A DNA stretch of 63,830 nucleotides, the filler included. It is 6 parts of 6 records of this genome, joined end to end, with 100 filler letters (N's around TTAATTAATTAA, not from the genome) between each part and the next. Parts side by side here need not be neighbours in the genome. Positions count along the whole stretch, not along the records: positions 1 to 23,736 come from SRR31147125_2654; 5 more parts are not named here. One strand, given 5' to 3'. The position numbers and the translations under genes were made by a program. Positions 10,161-19,873 of the stretch are shown here, piece by piece. Within the stretch, counting starts at the first letter, position 1. Every line of letters begins with the position of its first letter. Under the pieces are notes generated by a model. That model made no database searches and was not told the DNA's origin. It worked only from the letters and a program-made list of their open reading frames with translations.

Positions 10161-11585
10161 TTAATTGTTTTTCAAGACATCGAGCAGTTTTTGATGTATA
10201 TTACCAAAAGGTCCGTTTGAAAATGTGATAACCACATCATTTTTTTTCAAGTTTGATAACAGATATGGCACCATGTCATCGACAGAAGGAAAATTAAGTG
10301 CTATTTTTCCTCTGGTTTGCAAATCTGCAGCCAGTTTTCCGGTGGAAAGTATTTTCCCATCCGGAACCTTGTCAGGCCTGTCAACAGGAGCAATCATAAC
10401 AGCATCAGCCTCATCAAAAGCGTTAACCAATTCTGTCTGAAAGATGTTGCGTCTGGTTGTTGCCGTTCTGGGTTCAAAAAGTGCCCACAGACGGTGATTG
10501 GGGTGTTTTTTTCTAAAAGCGGCTAACGTTTCTTTGATTGCGGTTGGGTGGTGACCAAAGTCATCATATATAGCAATCTCTTTTTCACGACCTTTTAGTT
10601 CACAACGACGCATAACGCCTTTAAACCCGGCAATAGCGGAAGATAATGTTTCAAAATCAATGTCAAGGAATCTGGCAACAGCGATGGCAGCAAGCGTGTT
10701 GCGAATATTGTAATCACCCAGGAACGGAGAGGTTATATTTCCGACAAATTGATCTTTATAATATACATCAAAGTGAGTGTTTTCAGAGTTTAAACGGATG
10801 TTTGTCGCCAACCAGTCCGCATCTTTTGTTAATCCAAAGGTTTGCACAGGGCAAAAGGCGTTTGTAATGACCTGCTTTACTGATTCATAGTCTGCGCAAG
10901 CGACAAGTAAGCCATTTTGTGGGATGAGATTAATAAAGCGTTTAAAAGCTTGTTTAATTTCATCAAACGAATTAAAAATATCGGCGTGATCAAATTCGAC
11001 ATTATTAATGACGCCGATGTCCGGCATATAGCGAAGAAATTTTGAAACTTTGTCAAAATATGCCGAGTCATATTCATCTCCTTCAACAACAAATTCCTGT
11101 CCATCGCCCGCCTGAAAGCCTCTGCCAAAGTTATTGGGAATACCTCCGATAAGGAATCCAGGCTTTCTACCGGCATAATCCAAAATCCATGCAATGAGAG
11201 ATGAGGTAGTTGTTTTACCATGAGTGCCTGCCACAACAACTGATTGACGTCCGCGGATGAAAAAATCCCGCAGCGCGTCTGGTAAGGACACGTAAGGAAT
11301 ATGACGAGATAAAATTTCTTCCAACTCGACATTACCGCGTGAGATGGCATTGCCGATAACGACAAGATCCGGAACAGGATTTAAGTGAGAGGGATCAAAG
11401 TTTTTAAAGACAGGGATTTCGTTTTCTAAAAGAAAAGTACTCATGGGCGGATACATACCCTCGTCAGAACCGCTTACATGATAGCCCTTGCTTTTGAGCA
11501 TAACAGCCAGGGATGCCATGGCTGTACCACAAACACCTAAAAAGTAAATATTATTAACGTTTTTAATACTTTGCATATATAACAA
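10161..11585 (-). CDS. mpl: UDP-MurNAc:L-Ala-gamma-D-Glu-mDAP ligase (murein peptide ligase)
   Basis: GVCGTAMASLA, AGTHGKTTTSS, EGDEYDSAYFDK, DDFGHHPTAI. The start may be the ATG at 11576. Confidence 0.9.
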   Translation of the reverse strand: MLYMQSIKNVNNIYFLGVCGTAMASLAVMLKSKGYHVSGSDEGMYPPMSTFLLENEIPVFKNFDPSHLNPVPDLVVIGNAISRGNVELEEILSRHIPYVSLPDALRDFFIRGRQSVVVAGTHGKTTTSSLIAWILDYAGRKPGFLIGGIPNNFGRGFQAGDGQEFVVEGDEYDSAYFDKVSKFLRYMPDIGVINNVEFDHADIFNSFDEIKQAFKRFINLIPQNGLLVACADYESVKQVITNAFCPVQTFGLTKDADWLATNIRLNSENTHFDVYYKDQFVGNITSPFLGDYNIRNTLAAIAVARFLDIDFETLSSAIAGFKGVMRRCELKGREKEIAIYDDFGHHPTAIKETLAAFRKKHPNHRLWALFEPRTATTRRNIFQTELVNAFDEADAVMIAPVDRPDKVPDGKILSTGKLAADLQTRGKIALNFPSVDDMVPYLLSNLKKNDVVITFSNGPFGNIHQKLLDVLKNN

Positions 11586-11594
11586 GTCCAGAAA

Positions 11595-12497
11595 TTAACG
11601 TTGTTCATTCACATACATAACCGAGGGGAAGTCCTTTTCGGGAATAGAAGAAAAACCGTCACGATTCACGAGAATATTGGCAATGCGACCGCTCATACCA
11701 GGAGTCCCAAGTTCTTTATTGTCAAGACTCAGTCGAATTCCACCGGCATTTCCGATTTTTAAATAGAATGTATTTTTGCTCCACCAGGATCTGATATCGC
11801 CCGGAGCAAAAACAGCTTCATCGGCCAATGAATCATTATGAACAATGCGCATCCAGGTTGTCTCGATAGCTGTGATCGTTAATCGAAATTCTCCGGTTGT
11901 GGTAAATGATCGAGAAATTGACATATTTTCAGAATCAGGATCCTTTAACAAGTCCTGATTGAGAGTTGAGTCCTGTTGTGCATACTTTTCATCATTCCTG
12001 ATAGCAGATTCTTGCGATTTTTTATCATTAGCAGGAAACAAAAAGAGAATCAAAAGCACGATAATAATAACGGCGGAAATAATAAAAAATTTATAAAAGC
12101 TAACAAAGAGTTTCAGGTCTTCCAGTTTATCCGGATTAATGAACGAGTTGTCGGATTTAATTTCAGTCTGTTTGATCTGTTTTTTATTGTTTTTAGATTC
12201 CGGGATCGTTGTCTGATTAACAATTGCTTCTGTTTCTTCAGCTTCTTTTATTTGTTTCTGTCGTGCAGATTCCAGTTGTTGGAGAATAAAATCCGGATCC
12301 AGGCCCAGTTCCAAAGCACAGGAACGTAAAAATGCTCTCACATAGGTATGCGGTAAAAAGTCAAAAATACCACTTTCCATGTTCTCAATAAACTTTGGAG
12401 ATATCTTTGTTTTTTCAGACAAAGTCTGAATGGTATAGTCTTTTGACTTACGGCGTTTCGATAATTCTTTTCCCAAAACTATGAAATCATTCAACAC
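11595..12497 (-). CDS. rodZ: RodZ-like protein (HTH, TM, DUF4115)
   Basis: N-terminal HTH with YVRAFLRSCA..LGLD, single TM, C-terminal KIGNAGGI. Confidence 0.8.
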   Translation of the reverse strand: MLNDFIVLGKELSKRRKSKDYTIQTLSEKTKISPKFIENMESGIFDFLPHTYVRAFLRSCALELGLDPDFILQQLESARQKQIKEAEETEAIVNQTTIPESKNNKKQIKQTEIKSDNSFINPDKLEDLKLFVSFYKFFIISAVIIIVLLILFLFPANDKKSQESAIRNDEKYAQQDSTLNQDLLKDPDSENMSISRSFTTTGEFRLTITAIETTWMRIVHNDSLADEAVFAPGDIRSWWSKNTFYLKIGNAGGIRLSLDNKELGTPGMSGRIANILVNRDGFSSIPEKDFPSVMYVNEQR

Positions 12498-12499
12498 AA

Positions 12500-13111
12500 T
12501 TAATCCAACTTTTGATTCAGTTTGACAAAATTGCTAAATGTTGTATAAAATTTGGCTAAAGGAAATCCAACGACGTTATAAAAACAACCTTCTATCCGAT
12601 CAGCAAAAACAGCGCTCTGATCTTGTATACCGTAGGCACCTGCTTTGTCCAACGGTTTTTGTGTATTCACATAACTTTTTATTTCCCAATCCTGTAAATG
12701 GCGAAAACGGACTGTGGTGATCTCATAATCTGAAATAATTCTCTTACCTGGTTTTTCCACAATACAAAAACCTGTGTAAACCTGATGTGATTTTCCGGCA
12801 AGCAAGTGGAGCATCTCAGTAGCTTCCTGAGCGTGGGCAGGTTTACCCAGAATCGTGCCATCCAGGACGACAATGGTATCGGCGCCAATAACGGCTCCTT
12901 TATCAACACGTTTGGCAACATCCCGTGCTTTTGCCTCTGATAATTTCAAAACATGTTGAGCCGGGTCCGCTTCCTGAATAAGTGATTCATCAAGATGACT
13001 TGGCAGCACTTTAAATTCAAAGCCGACAAGGCTTAACAAGTGAGCGCGCCGCGGAGATTGAGAGGCAAGAATTAGCTGGTTTTGATAGTACTGTTGTAAA
13101 TGCTCGATCAT
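12500..13111 (-). CDS. maf: Maf-family nucleoside triphosphate pyrophosphatase
   Basis: LILASQSPRR, IGADTIV, DKAGAYGIQ. Confidence 0.93.
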   Translation of the reverse strand: MIEHLQQYYQNQLILASQSPRRAHLLSLVGFEFKVLPSHLDESLIQEADPAQHVLKLSEAKARDVAKRVDKGAVIGADTIVVLDGTILGKPAHAQEATEMLHLLAGKSHQVYTGFCIVEKPGKRIISDYEITTVRFRHLQDWEIKSYVNTQKPLDKAGAYGIQDQSAVFADRIEGCFYNVVGFPLAKFYTTFSNFVKLNQKLD

Positions 13112-13562
13112 CACCTTTTTTCTCGTCGCTATCCAACATTATTGTAACGGGACCATCGTTGTGAATTTTTACGAGCATATGGGCTCCAAATTCCCCTTCT
13201 TTTACTTTAAGCTCAGATTGTCTGAGAAATTCTAAAAAAGAATTATACAAGGGCATAGATGTGTCCGGTTTTGCAGCTTCAATAAAGCTTGGTCTTCTGC
13301 CACGGCGGCAATCCGCATATAGAGTAAACTGAGAGATGGCCAGAATTTCTGCCCCCACATCGAGCGCGGACAAATTCATTTTACCATCAGCATCATCGAA
13401 TATTCTCAAATTAACAATTTTATCGGCTAAATATCTTGCCGTTTCCTGAGTATCCTCATTTTGAATACCTAACAGGACGACAAGACCAGCATTTATTTCT
13501 CCTAACACTTTTCCTTCAACTTTAACAGATGCTTCAGAAACGCGTTGAATCAATGCTTTCAT
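13111..13562 (-). CDS. dtd: D-aminoacyl-tRNA deacylase; as sequenced it reads through to 13017, probably from a homopolymer deletion
   Basis: MKALIQRV, SQFTLY, GRRPSF, NDGPVT. One extra A in the run at 13116-13121 gives a TGA overlapping the maf ATG. Confidence 0.92.
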
Positions 13563-13595
13563 TTGCGTGAGCGAGTTCCTTTATCTAAATCAGGG

Positions 13596-14423
13596 TTAAA
13601 AATTTCCAACATAAATGGCTAATAGCCCTACCAGCATATCCGCTTTTAGGATGGCGCTTACTGTACGAAAAATGTTTTTATTAGGTTTGCGCCATATCAA
13701 AATAGTTGAGTAAAACAGAACAGAGTTTACTCCCAACATGACGATAAATAGATACCATTTCCCATAGATATTATAATAATATGGTATAAACGTCGAAATA
13801 AAAAGGACGATAAAGACGAATGTTGCCAACCATTGCGCTGGTAAAAGTCCATGTTTTACAGGTAATGTTGTGGCATTATTGATGCGATCGCCCTCAACAT
13901 CTTCCATGTCTTTAATAATTTCCCGTCCTAAATGCATTAAAAAGGCGAATATAGCCGGGATGATTGCATTTTTAACATGACCGCTCGCAATACCACCATA
14001 AACAAAAGCAAAACCAGTGCTAAAGCTCACAGCAAAGTTTCCAAAGAGCACAGTTTGTTTTAGTTTCGAGCTGTAAAAATACAGCAATATTGAAATACAA
14101 AGACAAATAACAAAAGCGTATCGGTTAATAAACAGACTGGAAGAAATACCAAGAAAAAAACAAATTAATGAAAAAATCCAGGCAAATTTTAAAGAAATCA
14201 TTCCAGCAGGTATTGGCCGGTCAGGTTTATTAATACGGTCGATATCAAGGTCAAAATAATCATTTATCGCGTTTGCACCGGCGGTTACAATTCCACCGGA
14301 AAGGCACGCGATGGTTACTGGCAACCATAGTTCAATTCCACCCGCGATGTATGCTGCCAGAAAAATAGAGACCATTGCAATAAAAACATTAACAGGTCTC
14401 GATAAAAAAATAATGCCTTTCAA
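13596..14423 (-). CDS. UbiA-superfamily prenyltransferase, DGGGP synthase-like
   Basis: NAINDYFDLDIDRINKPDRPIPAG and REIIKDMEDVEGD motifs; multi-TM. Confidence 0.8.
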   Translation of the reverse strand: MKGIIFLSRPVNVFIAMVSIFLAAYIAGGIELWLPVTIACLSGGIVTAGANAINDYFDLDIDRINKPDRPIPAGMISLKFAWIFSLICFFLGISSSLFINRYAFVICLCISILLYFYSSKLKQTVLFGNFAVSFSTGFAFVYGGIASGHVKNAIIPAIFAFLMHLGREIIKDMEDVEGDRINNATTLPVKHGLLPAQWLATFVFIVLFISTFIPYYYNIYGKWYLFIVMLGVNSVLFYSTILIWRKPNKNIFRTVSAILKADMLVGLLAIYVGNF

Positions 14424-14566
14424 ATTTATTCGAATATTCTGAATTGATCAACTACCACGTAAATTTTAATAGGATTTGTCTTTTAAACATTAATATAGTA
14501 TAAATGTTGTGGAAATGCAAGCTGAAATTCATACAGATAATTCATGTTTTTTAGTTGCTTATAAGC

Positions 14567-14596
14567 AAAAAAACCTGTGCACTTTTTTGCACAGGT
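14567..14596 (-). terminator. Intrinsic terminator downstream of greA
   Basis: ACCTGTGCA/TGCACAGGT stem followed by a T-run on the minus strand. Confidence 0.7.
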
Positions 14597-14703
14597 CTTT
14601 ATTTAAACGGTTGATTCCTGAATATTGAAAATAAAATTTAGCTTATAGCCTGTTCACTTGAGATCACATACCGCCTGATGTTGAATCCAATATGGATATT
14701 CAG

Positions 14704-15180
14704 CTACAGGATTTCCATAATTTTATATGTAAGAATCCCGGCAGGGACTTTTATGGCAACAGTATCACCGATTTCCTTGCCAATTAATGCTTTGCCCACG
14801 GGCGAATCAACAGAAACAGCATCCGGGTCAAATGTATTAAATTCAGCAGTAGGCACCAGTTCGTAGATCATTTCTTCATCGTTTCGCATGTCTATGAGTT
14901 TTATTTTATTGCCAACCTGAACCAGGCCAGAATTTATCATATCTTCAGTCATAATTCGAGCACGTGAAAGAGTCTCTTCCAATCGGGAAATTTTTCCCTC
15001 AACAAGTTCTTGTTTTTCTTTAGCAGCTGCATATTCTGCATTTTCTTTCAAGTCACCGTGTTCTCTCGCTTCAGCGATTGCCCTTATGATTGCAGGTCTT
15101 TCTTTAGATTTCAACTGGCGTAATTCTGCAGTTAAAGTGTCATGCTGATCTTGCGATAAATACATTGGTTTCATAATCAT
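14704..15180 (-). CDS. greA: Transcription elongation factor GreA
   Basis: IAEAREHGDLKENAEYAAAKE and SVDSPVGKALIG. Confidence 0.95.
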   Translation of the reverse strand: MIMKPMYLSQDQHDTLTAELRQLKSKERPAIIRAIAEAREHGDLKENAEYAAAKEKQELVEGKISRLEETLSRARIMTEDMINSGLVQVGNKIKLIDMRNDEEMIYELVPTAEFNTFDPDAVSVDSPVGKALIGKEIGDTVAIKVPAGILTYKIMEIL

Positions 15181-15310
15181 TCTCTTTTTTGTGTGAAAGT
15201 TAGACTGATTTGAACATAAAAATTTTGAATAGCAACAATTTCAAGTTCGATTTGTATTCAAATATAATTGGAGATATCGAATTACACCTGATACCAATCC
15301 CATTAAGTAC

Positions 15311-15374
15311 AAAAACGCAAACCGATTCAAATCAATCTGCAAGAGAGCATATTAATATGAATCGGTTTGCGTTT
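15311..15374 (-). terminator. Long hairpin plus U-tract in the greA leader (candidate attenuator)
   Basis: 17-bp perfect inverted repeat 15313-15329/15358-15374 with an extended imperfect stem, ending in TTTTT on the minus strand. Confidence 0.65.
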
Positions 15375-15379
15375 CATTT

Positions 15380-15408
15380 AAACTAATAAAAAAAGTAAAT
15401 ACTGTCAA
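15380..15408 (-). promoter_or_regulatory. Sigma70 promoter of greA
   Basis: TTGACA-N17-TAGTTT on the minus strand. Confidence 0.65.
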
Positions 15409-15535
15409 GCTTTTTTATTATAATTCAACGACAAGTAGACAAACAGCGCATCATTTTATCTTGCATTTTTTAGTACTTCTCGTATATTGAATGTCATAAT
15501 AATTATTTACCTAAATACTTTAAACAATTAGAGCA

Positions 15536-16045
15536 ATGAAACAAAAAATTATTATAATTACAACAGGTGGTACCATAGAAAAGACCTATGATGAAACTCA
15601 TGGTACACTTGGTAATCGGGGTTCACAGCTCAGAGCGATGTTAAAGCGCCTCAGATTGCCTTATACAAATATTCAGCAACATGACCTGCTGTGCAAGGAT
15701 TCTCTTGAAATGACAGAAAAGGACAGGAAAATAATTTTTTTTACCGTCCAGGACCGTCTGTTGGAAAAGGTACCAATATTGATTCTGCATGGTACAGATA
15801 CGATGGAAGTGACAGCCAACTATTTATATGATCAACTTGAAGATTTGTCAATTCCCATTGTTTTTACCGGGGCTATGAAGCCTTTTGGTTTTGAGGATTC
15901 AGATGCTCTGCAAAATTTCACAGAGGCACTCTTTGCCTGCCATTTAATACCCCCGGGCATCTATATTGTTATGCATGGTAAATTACACAAGGTGCCTGGT
16001 GTGCGTAAAAACAAAGAGAGAGGCACTTTTGAAAGTAAAACATGA
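15536..16045 (+). CDS. Short asparaginase (N-terminal catalytic domain only)
   Basis: TTGGTIEK, HGTDTM, VFTGAMKP, SDALQN. Confidence 0.85.
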   Translation: MKQKIIIITTGGTIEKTYDETHGTLGNRGSQLRAMLKRLRLPYTNIQQHDLLCKDSLEMTEKDRKIIFFTVQDRLLEKVPILILHGTDTMEVTANYLYDQLEDLSIPIVFTGAMKPFGFEDSDALQNFTEALFACHLIPPGIYIVMHGKLHKVPGVRKNKERGTFESKT

Positions 16046-16224
16046 GCCGTTCTCTCAATTCATGTAAAGCCATTTAAAAATGAGTGACGCTGGATTTATT
16101 GATTGCTACCGGAAAATCCGTTTCTATATAAAGGGGATTCTTTTGCAAATTCAATTATAAAACCAGAGATAGCTCGATAAAGAAAACTGTGTGGTGCAAA
16201 ACAATCCATAGGAAAGGAAACCAG

Positions 16225-17129
16225 GTGAACCACAACAAAGGAATATTTCACGTTTTGGCAGGGATGTTTTTTTCCTGCTCGTCTTTTCTTCAACCCATGC
16301 TGCTAACAGCGTTCATGGTCGTGTTCTTGAAGGACTGTCAATGGAAAGCCCTTTACTGGGCACTCATGTAAATTATGCTATATATCTGCCTCCAGATTAT
16401 GACAATTCAACGCGCCGCTATCCGGTAGTATATTTGTTACATGGATATTCCGATGATGAATCCGCCTGGATCCAGTTCGGTGAGGTAAACCTGGCTGCGG
16501 ATCGTGCAATCGGGACAGGAGAAATTCCTCCAATGATTATTGTCATGCCAGATGCTGGTGTGACCTGGTATATAAATGATTATCAGAGACAAAAACCCTG
16601 GGAGGATATGTTTATTCAGGAATTTATACCCTTTATTGATGCTCAATACCGAACCAGAGCAAAAAAACAGTTTCGTGGAATTTCCGGACTCTCCATGGGC
16701 GGGTGGGGATCACTTGTTTCTTCATTGCGCCATCCGGATGTTTTCTCAGCTTGCGCAGCATTAAGTAGTGGCGTTTTTACAGATGAGGAAATGAGTTCTA
16801 TGGAGGATAATCAATATGAAAAATATTTTTCCGGTTTGTTTGGCGATCATCTGGAAGGTAACAAGCGTCTCAATGACCATTATAAAAAATATAATCCTCT
16901 GGAACTGGCAAACTCTCTGCCTGTTCAATCACTTAAAAAAGTACGATGGTATATGGATTGTGGTGATGATGATTTTCTCTATAAAGGTAATGCTGCTTTG
17001 CATCTTCTGTACCGTGATCGGGGTATTCCACATGAATACAGGGTTCGGGATGGAGCGCATAATTGGAGTTATTGGAGAAGTGGCATCACGGGGGCTCTCA
17101 CGTTTATTGGACAGAGTTTTCACCGTTAG
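16225..17129 (+). CDS. Secreted esterase (alpha/beta hydrolase, CE1/XynZ-like); signal peptide separated by a T7 frameshift at 16266-16272
   Basis: YPVVYLLHG, GLSMGG, DCGDDD, GAHNW. One added T yields GTG..FFFLLVFSSTHA..GRVLEGLSMES. Confidence 0.85.
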
Positions 17130-17148
17130 TGTTATATCAGGAAGTTGA

Positions 17149-17864
17149 ATGAAGCAAAAGAAAAGAACGAAACGTATTACAATATATTCAGGCCGAGTAA
17201 ATCAAAAAATATTAATTCTAAAGAGTGTACTGGTCTTGTTTTGCTTTCCTGGAGGTATTTCGAACATTTTTGCACATGATCAAAATGATCCGGAAAACTG
17301 GCATGTTTTTATCTCGATAAAAACGTATCAGGCAATGCACGTGTTGCATTTTCGCAGGAAATTAAATACCGTGATTATGTATCGGATTTCTACCTGAGCA
17401 GAACGGATGTTGCCTATCATCATACAGTGTCCTCAGCTATTGTTTTATCGGCATGTTATAAAGTGATCCATATAGAAAGGGCTGCCAGCTGGGTTTATGC
17501 GAACATTCCATATGTTAATGTTTTATTTACATGGTCTTTAGCTGGATTATCCGTTAAGCACAGAGTCCGATTTGAATATTGGTTTCCCAATTAGCGTGAT
17601 GAATTTTGGAGAACAAGACATCTTTTAACCGTTGAGACACGTCATAAATGGACGCATTATCAGCTCAAACCTTATGTGGCGCACGAAACTTTTTATGATG
17701 TGGATGAAAAATTCGTGAGTATTTATCGAAAATATGTGGGTATTACATTTTCTCCATTAAAAAATTCGAATGTGAGCCTTTATTATCTTTTGTAGGACAA
17801 GAATCTTACCCCCGAGTGGGATAATTATCACGTTATTGGTGCAACAATAAAATATTCATTCTAG
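17149..17864 (+). pseudogene. DUF2490-like outer-membrane beta-barrel pseudogene
   Basis: After a T-run frameshift at about 17306 the frame reads QEIKYRD..HRVRFEY..KPYVAHETFY..YHVIGATIKYSF. It has in-frame TAGs at 17592 and 17793. Confidence 0.65.
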
Positions 17865-18036
17865 ATCGAATATTCGAATGTGGATAACGTGTTGCCGTAT
17901 AGGTTGAATTTTACAAAAAACTCTTATTAAATCAAACCTGATAACAACAGGTAAAAAAGTCTGTACTTGAATTTTCCTGGCTGTTTAATTATATTGTTTT
18001 GTGTAAAATATTTTATAATATAAAATGGAGGCCTTC

Positions 18037-19488
18037 ATGTCAGCAGTATTAAATTTTGAGCCCAAATTGCTTTGGAAACATTTTGACGAGTTGCGCAAAA
18101 TTCCGCGTCCTTCCGGTAACGAAGAAAGATCGGCCCAATACGTCATATCCGTGGCCAAACGACTTAGTTTGGATTACAAGCATGATAAATCGGGAAATGT
18201 GCTTGTTTGCAAACCTGGTAGCCCTGGTCATGAAAATGCATCACCTGTTGTTTTACAGGGACATCTTGATATGGTTTGTGAAAAAAATTCAGACAAAGAA
18301 TTTGATTTTGATAACGATGCTATCGAATTGCTTGTCGATGGTGAGTGGCTGACCGCAGATGGAACTACACTTGGCGCTGATAATGGTATTGGTGTGGCTG
18401 CTGCTCTTGCTATCCTGGAGGATGATTCTCTTGTTCATGGGCCCATAGAGGCTCTGTTTACTATAGATGAAGAGAGAGGTTTGGTTGGTGCCATGACCGT
18501 ATCGCCAGAATGGTTAAAAGGCCGAACCATGATAAATATGGACAGTGAGGAATTGGGTGTCTTTTCTATTGGTTGTGCCGGTGGAGCTGATTCTCATGTG
18601 ACTTTGCCACTTGGTCGTAAAAACGCAAGCGGGGATGTTGTATTACAGTTACACTTATTCGGTTTACGAGGAGGACACTCGGGAATTGACATACATGAAG
18701 GACGTGGTAATGCGGTCAAGATCCTGAACCGTTTGATCTATCAGGTTAACAAAAAAATAACTGTTGAACTGGTTTCTCTTGATGGCGGAGACAAACACAA
18801 TGCGATTCCGCGAGAAGCTATCGCCAACGTTGTGGTCTCATCCTCAGATGTCGAGGCGTTGAAAACATGGTTTAATAATGCCATTAATGAAATTAAGATA
18901 GAGTTTAAGCCGGTTGAAATGAATATTGATTTTTCGGTAAAAGAATTGCAGGATGCTGTTCCCAAGGTATTAGATGACAAAACTCAGGAAACTCTTCTGG
19001 CATTGGTTTTTGCTTTACCGCACGGGCCATTAGCGATGAGCCGGGCGATTAAAGATTTGGTGGAAACGTCCAACAATGTCGCTTCCATAAAATCGGATCA
19101 AGATCAGGTAAAAGTGCACTGTAGCAGCCGAAGCTCAAATGGTGCCGCGCTTGAGGCAACGCTTGACAAGATTACATCGATTGCCATGCTGGCAGGCGCA
19201 TCCATTGAAAAACATGAGGGCTACCCGGGCTGGATGCCAGATCTGGATTCAAAAGTTCTCAAAGTGTCACTTGATACCTATAAAGATGTTATGGGCAAGG
19301 ATGCGAAATATGAAGCCATTCATGCTGGATTGGAGTGCGGCCTGATAGGTGAAAAATTTCCAGGTATGGATATGATATCTCTTGGACCAACTTTGCAACA
19401 TCCTCATTCACCTGATGAGAGGGTTCATATAGAGTCTGTTTTAGATTTTTATAAACATGTATTAAAAATGTTAGAGACTTTGGCTTGA
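18037..19488 (+). CDS. pepD: Aminoacyl-histidine dipeptidase (M20C)
   Basis: LQGHLDMVCEK, TTLGADNGIG, GGHSGIDIH, IHAGLECG, HSPDE. Confidence 0.95.
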   Translation: MSAVLNFEPKLLWKHFDELRKIPRPSGNEERSAQYVISVAKRLSLDYKHDKSGNVLVCKPGSPGHENASPVVLQGHLDMVCEKNSDKEFDFDNDAIELLVDGEWLTADGTTLGADNGIGVAAALAILEDDSLVHGPIEALFTIDEERGLVGAMTVSPEWLKGRTMINMDSEELGVFSIGCAGGADSHVTLPLGRKNASGDVVLQLHLFGLRGGHSGIDIHEGRGNAVKILNRLIYQVNKKITVELVSLDGGDKHNAIPREAIANVVVSSSDVEALKTWFNNAINEIKIEFKPVEMNIDFSVKELQDAVPKVLDDKTQETLLALVFALPHGPLAMSRAIKDLVETSNNVASIKSDQDQVKVHCSSRSSNGAALEATLDKITSIAMLAGASIEKHEGYPGWMPDLDSKVLKVSLDTYKDVMGKDAKYEAIHAGLECGLIGEKFPGMDMISLGPTLQHPHSPDERVHIESVLDFYKHVLKMLETLA

Positions 19489-19548
19489 TGCAAAAATAAA
19501 AGAACTATGATATTATCGCTGGATAATACTCATATGATTTACCACTAA

Positions 19549-19588
19549 AAATAAAGGTTCCCAAAGAATATTTTGGGAACCTTTATTT
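19549..19588 (+). terminator. Intrinsic terminator after pepD
   Basis: 17-bp perfect inverted repeat AAATAAAGGTTCCCAAA/TTTGGGAACCTTTATTT. Confidence 0.8.
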
Positions 19589-19718
19589 GCTTGAGACACA
19601 GGACTCAAAACACCCACCTCATGGGATGTCTAAGAATGACACTTTTTTCTCCCCGGATATCATTGTAATAAAAGGCCTTTTTTTATTGTCAATAGCACAT
19701 CATATAAATTAAATTCTT

Positions 19719-19745
19719 TGTAACAAACTGTAAAAAGGGTGCGTA
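19719..19745 (+). promoter_or_regulatory. Candidate ECF-sigma promoter of the exporter operon
   Basis: TGTAAC-N17-CGTA. Confidence 0.45.
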
Positions 19746-19873
19746 TATAAGCGAAGAAGAGATGATTTCTGAAGAAAATCTATTGTTCTTAAAGTCTAAC
19801 TGTTTGTACATTTCTCACCAGTAATTATTACCGATTCACATTATACCAGCTCAGTATGGGAGGAGCCGATAAC

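Noticed and set aside
17592-17795. TAG readthrough or recoding (pyrrolysine, alternative code) in the DUF2490-like gene
   Set aside because: TAG is the genuine stop of this gene and of neighbours on the same contig (6462, 17129, greA), and no pyl genes are visible.
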